Shown piece by piece: positions 1 to 11,100 of a stretch of DNA of 64,000 nt (its first letter is position 1; each line of letters starts with the position of its first letter). The translations under genes were made by a program, and so were the position numbers. This stretch comes from Eledone cirrhosa (taxonomy: Eukaryota). The DNA is taken from the NCBI GenBank assembly GCA_964016885.1, contig OZ024741.1, positions 315,518,001 to 315,582,000 on the forward strand, given 5' to 3'. Under the pieces are notes generated by a model that searched no databases, was not told where the DNA came from, and was given only the letters and a program-made list of their open reading frames with translations.

Positions 1-1407
1 TATATACCATAGGGTAATATTTACCAATTGATTCTATTTGGGGTGTTGGGTGGGGGGGGGGGCTTTTTTTAGGAATATAAGTTGATACATATGGTTTAAA
101 TATATAACATTCAATAGTTAATGCAATAGTGATGTTCTTTTACAGAGGTTAATACATTAAATTAACTTCAAAATATATTACTGGAACGTATATCAAAAGT
201 TAAACCACTGGCTCTATTCAATTTGTACTAGAAAGATATCTTATTGGTCTTTTCGAGTTTCGGTGATCTGGTATACTGAAAACGTAGCTAGCGAAGTGAA
301 AACGTCGGTCCTTAAATATTCCCTGTAGCGGTCGGAATTTGTTCTCTTTATTATCTCTTCATTTATAGCCAGCACTCTCCACGTGTTCTTTATTATCTTT
401 CTGGGCCACTTTTGATGGAATACATTTAGCTTTCTGATTTCTGGGTAGATAATGAAGGATATTTTCATAGATGCAGTTTGATTGTTTGCGAATAGTTGAA
501 GCTGATCTGAATGTATTTGCTAGAACACTGTAAACACCTTTTCGATACTGTTGTTGACGGCAAGTTCATTGTTATTATTGCCACTTCATCTTGACTGTGG
601 ATTCGTTGACAGTGTTGTTGTTTATTATCTTCCCCTTTGTCTTATTTGTGTTGATTCGCACCCTGGTATTAGCATTTTCTTGCTGTCATGTTGATAGCTG
701 ATGCAGATCTGCAGTTTTTCTTTGCGCTATTACTGCAATATTGCGAGCAGAGTCCTCTATTCGTGTCAACAAGCAACAGGACTAGCAAATCTAGCACCAA
801 GAGCAGCAGCAGAATCAACATCACCACCATCACCACAAACACCAAGAGCAATAATCATAAAAAAAGCACCCAGGCGGACTCCAAAAATAGCTCTCCCACT
901 CTACGTGATCCACAGACACACACATTCTTACACACACACTCTCCCATTCTCATCAGAACAGAATTCAAAGCCAAATGACTGATTCAGAAACCTCTTCTTC
1001 TCGTAATCAGGAAAAGTAGCCCCAAAAGCCCAAGTAATAAAAAAAAAATGAAACACAAAATTATAGAAACATACTACTCCATTCCAACACACTCCAGGAA
1101 ACATAGAAACCACTCCCTCAACAAATAGACACAGATACTACATCAGCATCCCCAGAAACACCACAGCCACTACTAACCACAGCAGCATCATCAACACTAC
1201 CTAGAAAACGAAAATACACACCACAGACAACGACACAGACACCAAGGTTCATGTTAGTAAGAAGGGCCAACGAAGAATTGTTGGTGCTCATAGCACGAAT
1301 TAGAGATATGAGAAGGGGAGATTTTTGGCATCAGCACTTTCAAACTGCCACAAACACTAATGATGGTGCAAACATCACTAGGCACCCACAAAATCATTTT
1401 AAATAAT

Positions 1408-1770
1408 TTCTTCTTCTTCTTCTTCTTCTTCTTCTTCTTCTTCTTCTTCTTCTTCTTCTTCTTCTTCTTCTTCTTCTTCTTCTTCTTCTTCTTCTTCTTC
1501 TTCTTCTTCTTCTTCTTCTTCTTCTTCTTCTTCTTCTTCTTCTTCCTGAGAGGTCCGTGAGAGCAGAATCTTTAAACACTCCGTCCAGCGGGTCCTGACA
1601 GAAGCAACCTTCTCCAACAGATCCGGCTGGATCCCCAAGTGAGACCAGACAAGCTCATGGATGTTATCCAACCATCTTGCTCGGGGTCTATCCTTGGGTA
1701 CTCTGCCGGTTGATTTTACCAGTAAAATCAATCCAGCTATTCTTTCCTGAGACATTCTAACCACATGCCA
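1408..1770 (-). mobile_element. 3' end of an RTE-like non-LTR retrotransposon with a (GAA)n tail
   Basis: The minus-strand ORF 1399..1764 has the RTE-type C-terminal motif G.VPKDRPRARWLDNI. It runs directly into a perfect (GAA)n tract (TTC on + at 1408-1545). Confidence 0.6.
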
Positions 1771-1904
1771 TATTTCTTCCTATCATTTCTGCAGGCCAAC
1801 GCTGATTTCTATCCTTTGGGGTAAACTTTAACTGACGCTGTCAGTGCCGGCATTTTGTTGTTTTAAATGCTTCCTTGTATTGAGTTATCCCCATTATTCT
1901 ACAA

Positions 1905-2133
<229 letters not shown>

Positions 2134-2625
2134 AACGACCTGCGCATGTATTGCTTTTGGCGGTAGCCTCCTTCCTCCCATTTTCGGGACAGTGTGAGAT
2201 TTTCTTTAGAACTGCTGGACTAACAACCTACCAGTCCCCTCAAGCACTGATGGTGATTATCGCTAGATATTGATATTGATTTGGTTATCAATATTAATAT
2301 TATTGGGTACCCACTGAAGATTTATAATAGCGCACTTGAATAAGTATCTGTTGATCTTATACAAGCTTCTACATAACTTGGTATAATTTCACCCAACTTG
2401 TAGAAATTTTATAATGAAACGAGTCGTCTGGGAAATGATATATTTGATATATCTCATATGAAATAATACAGCAAATTATCCACACAATACAATATAGTTA
2501 GCACCCCAAACGTTTAATTAGGAATATACTCACTTATTTCCTAATGTTTGTTGAGTGAGTTGGAATTTGGCCGGTGTATCGCTTTTAGCTTTCTCCGATT
2601 ATGTATTAATATATTTATATATATA

Positions 2626-2810
2626 GCGAAGGAATTGTGGTAAGGAACCAGATGGACCATAACGCACCAGAGTACTCTATACTTAGGGTAGTAGAGTGGG
2701 TAATAGGAAAAAGTGTAACCCCGACGGCAGAGCTCAAGCCGTTTCGAAGCCTATTTCTGAAATAGCCGTCTAAACGGCTTGAGCTCTGCCGTCGGGGTCA
2801 TACTTTTTCA
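2626..2810. mobile_element. Mini foldback derivative of the Hydra-like PLE pLTR, inserted in (TA)n
   Basis: Reverse-complement tail plus HHR 3' half (ccccgacggcagagctcaagccgttt), followed by its inverse (aaacggcttgagctctgccgtcgggg). Homologous to 14227-14345 and 18530-18660. Confidence 0.8.
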
Positions 2811-3139
2811 TATATATATATATATATATAACTCGTTAGCTTCCTCTCCACATTTTATTATTATAAGGGTCTGTAGAAATGAGTAGTTTACATGTTTACT
2901 CTATCAAGAACCGCTCCAAACTGCTGCCTGGTTGATCTAAAGCAGGCGATTTATCTATGTCACTTCCTCTGTCTCAAGTCTTGAGAACAAAGGGCTGACC
3001 TTGCGAGGTCATCCAATCTCAGACTTGTTGACGCCCGAAAGGAGATAACCCAGAAAATGACCGTGAAATGTCACCCAGGGGTCAAGGTGTGGACAGATTT
3101 CGCTACATATTCACTCTGCATAACCTCATGGTTCTTGAT

Positions 3140-3209
3140 ATAATTGTTTCTACTTTTTGGCACAAGGCCAGCAATTATGTATTACTGGTACTTTTATTTT
3201 ATCGACCCC
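3140..3209 (-). mobile_element. tRNA-derived SINE, 3' fragment (mirror copy at about 15932-16000, +)
   Basis: Reverse complement of ggggtcgataaaataaaagtaccagtaat...ggccttgtgccaaaaagtagaaacaat, the same family as 4144-4333. Confidence 0.85.
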
Positions 3210-3664
3210 AATGTTAGGTCTGCAGTAGACATCTTTCAACTTTAACCTATTAGATTCGATGGATTGTTCTTACAAATATGAATATTGCTTTGATAAAATG
3301 ATAAAATTCAATTTATTTTTGGAAAATTACCACTCTTCCAAATAACGTGTATATATAATACAACTGGCACCATATTATTTAAACTATGATCCAATTTGAT
3401 AAGTGATATATGTTATATGTTATTATTGAATGATTTTTATTGATAGTTGGTATATGCTAACTAATAACAAATTGTTAAATAAAATCATTTGCAGTCTGTG
3501 GTATATTCCTATGGGAAGAAACAATTGACAGTGATTGAACGTCTTGAACTTTTAATTTTTGGTTTATAAGCACCCTTTAACTATATGCTGGCTTTGCTTG
3601 ATCCTATCATAGCGTTGAGCTAAAATACATCTACTAAATGAGTAAAATGTACTGTGTATGTATT

Positions 3665-3714
<50 letters not shown>

Positions 3715-4143
3715 CCGAGAAACAAGAATGTCCATCATTGGTATTTCTTCGCATTAAAGACTAGATACCTTAAATCAGTGCAAGCGATAACTAAATTAAG
3801 TTATCTGGACAGAGGAAATGAAACAAACAACATGGTAGTAATGCAGCGTAAAGAGCGGAAAAGAGACAAGTCAATGAATCTTGTGGGCTTAAGTCCGACA
3901 AATCAAATGACGAGAAGAAACAGACACATCCGAGCCAGGAGAAAAGTGAGAGAGGAAAGAATTTCACGCAGGTCAGACGGGAGGAAGTGAGATAGATGGA
4001 GGAGAGAGAAAGAAGATAGCAGTAAGGTGACAGAAAAAATACGAATCACAGCGAAGGGAAAAAATATATGTGAATGAAAAATGGCGTGTTGCGTTTTTGC
4101 GAATATGAACATATAAATGTATATATGATATATACATACATTA

Positions 4144-4333
4144 GGGCGGTGGATTGGCAGTATCAGTAGAGGGTCGGACGCCATGCTTTCCAGCATAGTT
4201 ACGTCCCTTTACGATCTGAGTTCAAATCCCGCCGAGGTTGACTTTGCCTTTCATCCTTACGGGGTCGATAAAATAAAGTACAAGTAATGCACTGGGTAAT
4301 TGCTGGCCTTGTGCCTAAAGTAGAAACAATTAT
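4144..4333 (+). mobile_element. Full-length tRNA-derived SINE
   Basis: A-box-like tggcagtatcag, B-box gagttcaaatcc and core gactttgcctttcatccttacggggtcgataaaataaagtac. At least 8 copies or fragments in the window. Absent from the mirror arm of the inverted duplication. Confidence 0.85.
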
Positions 4334-4346
4334 ATATACATACATA

Positions 4347-4391
<45 letters not shown>

Positions 4392-4406
4392 GCATATACA
4401 CACACA

Positions 4407-4448
<42 letters not shown>

Positions 4449-4453
<5 letters not shown>

Positions 4454-6800
4454 AAATGTGGAGAGGAAGCACACGAGTTAGGATATATATATATATATTA
4501 AAACAGGGAGAAAGAGACGATTATTAGGAAGAAAAATATTGTTTTTCCTTTTTGTTTCTCTCTCTTTTTTCTGGGTTAGAAAATGTATAAAACGAAATGT
4601 TTTACTTTGTGTGAAGTGTTAAGGTATTAGTTGATTTATTTATTATTTAACAATGGCATTTATTTATCTATTTATATATTTAATTATTGTCTATTACCGG
4701 TTTCACCATTTTTATGTGGGGGGTTTTATGGTTTCTCCTGGTAGGAGAGAAGTTGTAGTGTCTATCTTGTAGTTGATGTTTCTCTATTACTATATTTGTT
4801 GCTTGGGAGTCCGTGTGGTAGTTGTGAGGGGGTGTAGGAGGTAGGGGCGAGGTGATGCCTTCTTTTGTTGGTATGTGGGGAGGTATTGTTTTTTTGTTGT
4901 TGTTGGTTGTTGTGTGGTGTTTGGGTGTTGATTGAGTTTTCTTGTTATTATGGTTTTAATGAAGGGTTTCTTGGATGTGTGTTCTTTTTGGAAAAGTGTT
5001 TCATAGTTAAAGAACTAGGTTTCGTTTATTTCCCAGCGTTGAAGGGATTTTAATTCTTCCCTATTACAGTCCTCTAACCATAATTTTGAAATATTTTCTA
5101 GGGTGGTGTCTTTGGTTATATTTGATCCTATCTTCATTTGCTTGGACTTTTCAATTTAAGGAGTTCAATTTCGGTTTTTATGTTATCAAGTGCCATTCTT
5201 TCCTGAGGTGTCTTTGTGTCTCTGGTCCGTTTGGGATGGATATAATTTGTAGTTTGAGGGAGATGATTAATGGGGATGAGTTAATCCATTTTTCATAGAT
5301 CTCCGCTTTGTTATTGTTTTGTATCATCTTCCAAAAGGAGAATTTCCTGTTTTTAAGAAACACACTTAGCAGAAACTACCCACCATCCCTAATCACCAAT
5401 GGATTCCAACGTGCCCTAAAACTAGACATCCAGGAACTCAGACACCCCAAACCCAGGAAGGAACAGCAACAAAAAACTCTACCATACATCTCCACACACA
5501 ACCCCCTCAACAATGAGGCATTCGACACCATCCTCCAGAACATTCCTTCACTAAAAAGAGACCCTAGAATGAACAAAATCCTCCAGACACACAATATCAT
5601 AAAGAGCAAAAGAGCAAAAGACAACCCAAATCCATAAAAAACACCCTCACACAAGCCAAAATCCAACAAATCCTCACAATGAACCCTATAATAACAAAAT
5701 GCGGAAGGCCCAACAGCGGCATAGGCATCAATCTAATAGAAACTTCAACATTCCATTTTAAACAAGGACAGCGTTTCACAGTTAAACACAACTTTACATG
5801 TGCATCTGAAAACCTTATCTATATTTTGACCTGCTCAGGTTGTCAAGAGCACTACATAGGACAGACAAATAACAGCCTCTGTCAAAATATGACCGTCCAT
5901 AAATCACAAATTAAAATACAGGAATACAGAAAGATTGCATTTAGTGAACATATCGCCAATTGTGCTCACAACCAACATCCAAACTTTAAAATTTTCCCAT
6001 TTACAAATTCATAGACAACGCTACTTTAATTCCAAGGAAACATATTTCATCAATAAATTTCAACCCCTACTTAATGCTCTAAAAATCGGACGAATCTAAA
6101 ACTGCAACAAACAATCAAACATTTACAAGAGTTACCTCCCTCACACCCTACCTAATCCTTTTTCTTAAATAAATTAAATATCATCCAGCAAGAATTGCTT
6201 CCCCCTGCATATTAACTCTCTAAAAAGGGAAATCATATCAAACCTCAGTCCAGCATTGCCTCAATCACGGAATCATGGATCAACTAAGCACTCTTGCTAT
6301 ATTAACACATTTTGATCTGCTTAACTTCAATGACTTTGCTTGTAAATAACATTATTTTTTCTTCCACATTGACTTTTTATGTTCTTCATTATGCACGTTT
6401 TTTTTTCAATTTTCTTTTTCCTTTTTACTTCATAAACCTTGTTTGTAAATAACATTATTCTTTCTGCACCTTCTGTTTAACATGTGCGACACCACACTAA
6501 TACATTTCACTATCATTTGATAAGATAATGCATAAAAATGGTGAAACCGGTAATAAACAATAATTAAATATATAAATAGATAAATAAATGCCATTGTTAA
6601 ATAATAAATAAATCAACTAATACCTTAACACTTCACACAAAGTAAAACATTTCGTTTTAATCATTTTCTAACCCAGAAAAAAGATAGAGAGAAATAAAAA
6701 GGAAAAAAAATATTTTCCTTCCTAATAATCGTCTCTTTCTCCCTGTTTTAATATATATATATATATCCTAACTCGTGTGCTTCCTCTCCACATTTTATTA
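4449..6800. mobile_element. Neptune-like PLE derivative with inverted pLTRs (internally deleted relative of 39531-44930)
   Basis: Terminal inverted repeats 4449-4712 / about 6530-6800. Plus-strand Zn-knuckle/GIY-YIG remnant at 5679-6014 (CGRPN..., NLIYILTCSGCQEHYIGQT). 4716-6760 is nearly identical to about 42889-44930. HHR-like TTGATAA...GAAACCGGTA at about 6510-6555. Confidence 0.9.
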
Positions 6801-6849
6801 TATCTATATATATATAAATGAATGTATGTTTGTTTGTTTGTCCAAAGAT

Positions 6850-8165
6850 ATAAACGGAGAAAGAGAAATCAACGTATAGACAAACAGAGAGTGAAAGAGC
6901 GAGTAGTCTGGCTGCTTTGAACCACTCCCTATATTAGACTGTCTCTAAAGTTATAAACGGAGAAAGAGAAATCAACGTATAGACAAAGAGAGAGTGAAAG
7001 AGCAACGTATAGACAAAGAGAGAGTGCTATAAACGGAGAAAGAGAAATCAACGTATAGACAAAGAGTGAGTGAAAGAGCGAGTGTGAAATTTGTTTAATT
7101 AAAGATAATTTCAATAGAATTAGTATTCTCTCTTTAATTTAATATAATTTCAATAGAATTATTAAATTCTCTCTTTAATTTAATATAATTTCAATAGAAT
7201 TAGTATAGTGTCTGTTTCACATTACTTCCCTTCCACTCCCATTACAGGGAGTTCTTTTTCAGCTAGCCCTTAACTAAGTGCTGTAATTTGATATCTTCAT
7301 TTCGTCTGTCCTTATTTTCCTGACCTGGACATAAACCAACACCTTATCTTCCCTACCTTTATCTCTATAGAAGTTACTACTTATTTCTTCATCCTTTTCT
7401 TTTAGTCTATGTATCTATATAGAGTTTTTTCCTGTTTTTCATCATTTCTCCATATACCGTTTCTGGGTTTCCTTTTTAATACCTTGGTGTTTTGATATTC
7501 TTAAAATATTATAATACCTTGGTGTTTTAATATTCTTAAAATATTATATCTCTCTTCCACTATTATCACTAGAATTTCTACTCTAGCTATCTTATAGCCA
7601 CTAACTGCTGTAATTTGATATCTTCATTTCGTCTGTCCTTATTTTCCTGACCTGGACTTACACCAGCAGCTTACCTTCCCTACCTTTATCTCTATAGAAG
7701 TTACTACTTATTTCTTCATACTTTGGTTTTATATTTTTAGTTTTATTACCCTACCACATAAACAATGATCACTTATAATACCATGATCCATTTTCCTTAT
7801 ATACTGTAATTTTCTGATGAAGGACTGAGGTACGTGTTATTTTGTCTGAATAATTTGTATTATTTTCACTCTGTTTTTACAATTGTTTATATCATCAATC
7901 AACACATACATATTGGTTATGACTCCTTCTACATTTCGATTACATTGAGTTCTTCATACGTATTTCACACTACTGCTCATTTCGGTAGAGTGATTGTGAT
8001 AAAATATTTTCCTTTATTTTCACTCTGTTTTTACAATTGTTTATATCATCAATCAACACATACATATTGGTTATGACTCCTTCTACATTTCGATTACATT
8101 GAGTTCTTCATACGTATTTCACACTACTTCTCATTTCGGTAGAGTGATTGTGATAAAATATTTTC
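6850..8165 (+). repeat. Tandem and dispersed duplications in the Helitron 5' non-coding region
   Basis: tataaacggagaaagagaaatcaacgtatagacaaa x3 (6850-7085); AT-rich repeats 7105-7205; 7279-7400 repeated at about 7607-7720; a 34-bp duplication at about 7478-7548; about 155-bp tandem duplication 7860-8165. Confidence 0.85.
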
Positions 8166-8174
8166 TATTCAATT

Positions 8175-11100
8175 ATGCCTCCCAAACAACGAGCGATTGG
8201 TCAATCTACCCCTCAAGCAACGAAAAAATATGCATTACGAGCTTCAGAGATATACGAGCAACGGGAATCACGATTGGAAACCGTTCGAGTAACAACTGCA
8301 CAAGCCCGTTCATTTGAAACATACGAGCAACGGGAAGCAAGATTGCAAACCGTTCGAGTAAGAACTGCTCAAGCCCGTTCATCTGAAACATACGAGCAAC
8401 GGAAAGCAAGATTGCAAACCGTTCGAGTAAGAACTGCTCAAGCCCGTTCATCTGAAACATACGAACAACGGGAAGCAAGATTGCAAACCGTTCGAGTAAG
8501 AACTGCTCAAGCCCGTTCATCTGAAACATACGAGCAACGGGAAGCAAGATTGCAAACCGTTCGAGTAAGAACTGCTCAAGCCCGTTCATCTAAAACATAC
8601 GAGCAACGGGAAGCAAGATTGCAAACCGTTCGAGTAAGAACTGCTCAAGCCCGTTCATCTGAAACATACGAGCAACGGGAAGCAAGATTGCAAACCGTTC
8701 GAGTAAGAACTGCTCAAGCCCGTTCATCTGAAACATACGAGCAACGGGAAGCAAGATTGCAAACCGTTCGAGTAAGAACTGCTCAAGCCCGTTCATCTGA
8801 AACATACGAGCAACGGGAAGCAAGATTGCAAACCGTTCGAGTAAGAACTGCTCAAGCTCGTTCATCTGAAACATACGAGCAACGGGAAGCAAGATTGCAA
8901 ACCGTTCGAGTAAGAACTGCTCAAGCCCGTTCATCTGAAACATACGAGCAACGGGAAGCAAGATTGCAAACCGTTCGAGTAAGAACTGCTCAAGCCCGTT
9001 CATCTGAAACATACGAGCAACGGGAAGCAAGATTGCAAACCGTTCGAGTAAGAACTGCTCAAGCCCGTTCATCTGAAACATACGAGCAACGGAAAGCAAG
9101 ATTGGAAACGAATCGACTACGCAATGCTCTCACAAGAAGAATACTGCACGATGATTTCAATCTTGGTGCATTTCATTACGATTCAAATTGTGATTACAGT
9201 CTTCATCCAAGTGTGATTATTGGAAAAATGGATAAATTATGCGGGTATTGTGGTGCCCTCAAATTTAAAAATGAAACACCAGGAATGTGCTGCTCGGGTG
9301 GAAAAGTGAAATTGCCAGAATTACATCCACCACCTGAACCATTATCAACGTTAGTATCAGGTGACACAAGCGAATCTAAACATTTCTTGGCAAACATACG
9401 CAAGTACAATTCATGTTTCCAAATGACATCGTTCGGTGCAACAAATATCGTGCGCGAGAATTACATGCCAACATTCAAAGTGCAAGGGCAAATTTATCAT
9501 CGTGCTGGATCACTACTACCACTGCCGGACGCAGATCACAAATTTCTTCAAATTTATTTCATGGGAAACACTGATGATCAAATAGATCAACGTTGCAAAT
9601 TCAATAGGGGAACTAAACGAGAAATTGTTACTGCATTACAAACTTTATTCAATCAACACAACAAATTAATTAGATTGTTCAGAGCTGCCCTGGAACAAAT
9701 GCCAAATGATGACTACACAATTGTAGTTAGAGCAGACAAAACACCTGTTGGCCAACATCAAAGACAGTACAATGCACCAACAATTGATGAAATGGCGATC
9801 GTTATAGTAGGTGAAGAATTTAACTCGCGTGATATAATTCTTCACCGCAGAAATGGTGATGTTCAGCGAGTCTCAGAAACGCATCGGTCATACGATGGAT
9901 TGCAATATCCAATTTTATTTTGGCAAGGAGAAGATGGATATCATTTCAACATCAAACTGAGAAATCCAGAAACAGATGAGGAAACGAATAAGAAAGTCAG
10001 TGCCATGAATTATTATTCATATAGATTAATGATTCGTGAAAACGGTGAAAATCATATTTTGAAATATCGACAATTGTTCCATCAATACATTGTCGATATG
10101 TATGCAAAAATCGAAACCGAACGACTTCTCTACATTCGATTGAATCAAACCAAGCTACCTTCAGAAGAGTACATTCATTTACGTGATGCCATTCTTAATG
10201 ATGGCAATATGAATCCTAATGAATTGGGGAAAATGGTCATACTGCCGGCTACATTTACAGGGAGTCCACGGCACATGCATGAATACGCACAAGATGCAAT
10301 GACATATGTTCGCGCATATGGCCGTCCAGATTTGTTCATTTCATTCACATGCAATCCTACGTGGGATGAAATTAAAGAACTTTTGTTACCTGGTCAATCA
10401 TCTTCGGATCGTCATGATATTACAGCGCGCGTGTTCAAACAAAAATTGAAATCTTTAATCGATTTCATTGTCAAGCATCATGTTTTTGGAGAGACACGCT
10501 GTTGGATGTTTTCCATTGAATGGCAAAAAAGAGGATTGCCACATGCACACATTTTGATTTGGTTGATTGAAAAAGTCACACCAGATCAAATTGATCAAAT
10601 CATCTCAGCAGAAATACCAGATGTCAACGTTGATCCAGACTTATTTGAAGTCATCACTAAAAACATGATTCATGGTCCATGTGGCTTACTCAACAACAAT
10701 TCACCATGCATGTCTGATGGGAAATGCACAAAACAATACCCAAAAGACTTACTTGCCGACACTATCACTGGCAATGACGGATATCCACTATATCGTCGAC
10801 GAGCAACTGAAGATGGCGGCAAATCCATCACTTTAAAAGTACGAAACAATTATGTTGAAGTCAATAATCGTTGGATTGTACCATATTCACCGTTACTCTC
10901 GAAGACGTTCAAAGCACACATCAATGTCGAGTATTGCAATTCGGTGAAAGCGATCAAGTACATTTGCAAATATATCAACAAAGGAAGCGATATGGCAGTC
11001 TTTGGAGTGTGCAATGCAACTACACCTATCGATGAAATCGACCAATACCAACTGGGACGCTACATTAGTAGTAATGAAGCAGTATGGCGCATTTTATCAT

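Larger units (their letters stand above)
2865..4445. repeat. Left arm of a large inverted duplication (partner about 13503-16277)
   Basis: 2865-3657 is the reverse complement of about 15470-16277; 3709-4113 of about 13707-14140; catacataattacacac (4340) of about 13665-13682. Confidence 0.9.

Noticed and set aside
241-1250. Short ORFs at the window start as a gene or PLE fragment
   Set aside because: Possibly a decayed element, but I recognise no diagnostic motif.
4144-4240. tRNA gene
   Set aside because: The A/B boxes belong to a multi-copy SINE head; no cloverleaf.
7814-7852. CTGATGA-aGGAC...GTCT-GAA in the Helitron 5' region as a hammerhead
   Set aside because: GAAT rather than GAAA, and no convincing stem I, stem III or NUH.
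8206-9099. Antisense repeat ORFs (MFQMNGLEQFLLERFAILLPVAR)
   Set aside because: A by-product of the 69-bp sense array; broken by a stop, with no independent support.
8241-9110. CRISPR-like appearance of the regular repeat
   Set aside because: No unique spacers; it is an in-frame coding tandem repeat in eukaryotic DNA.
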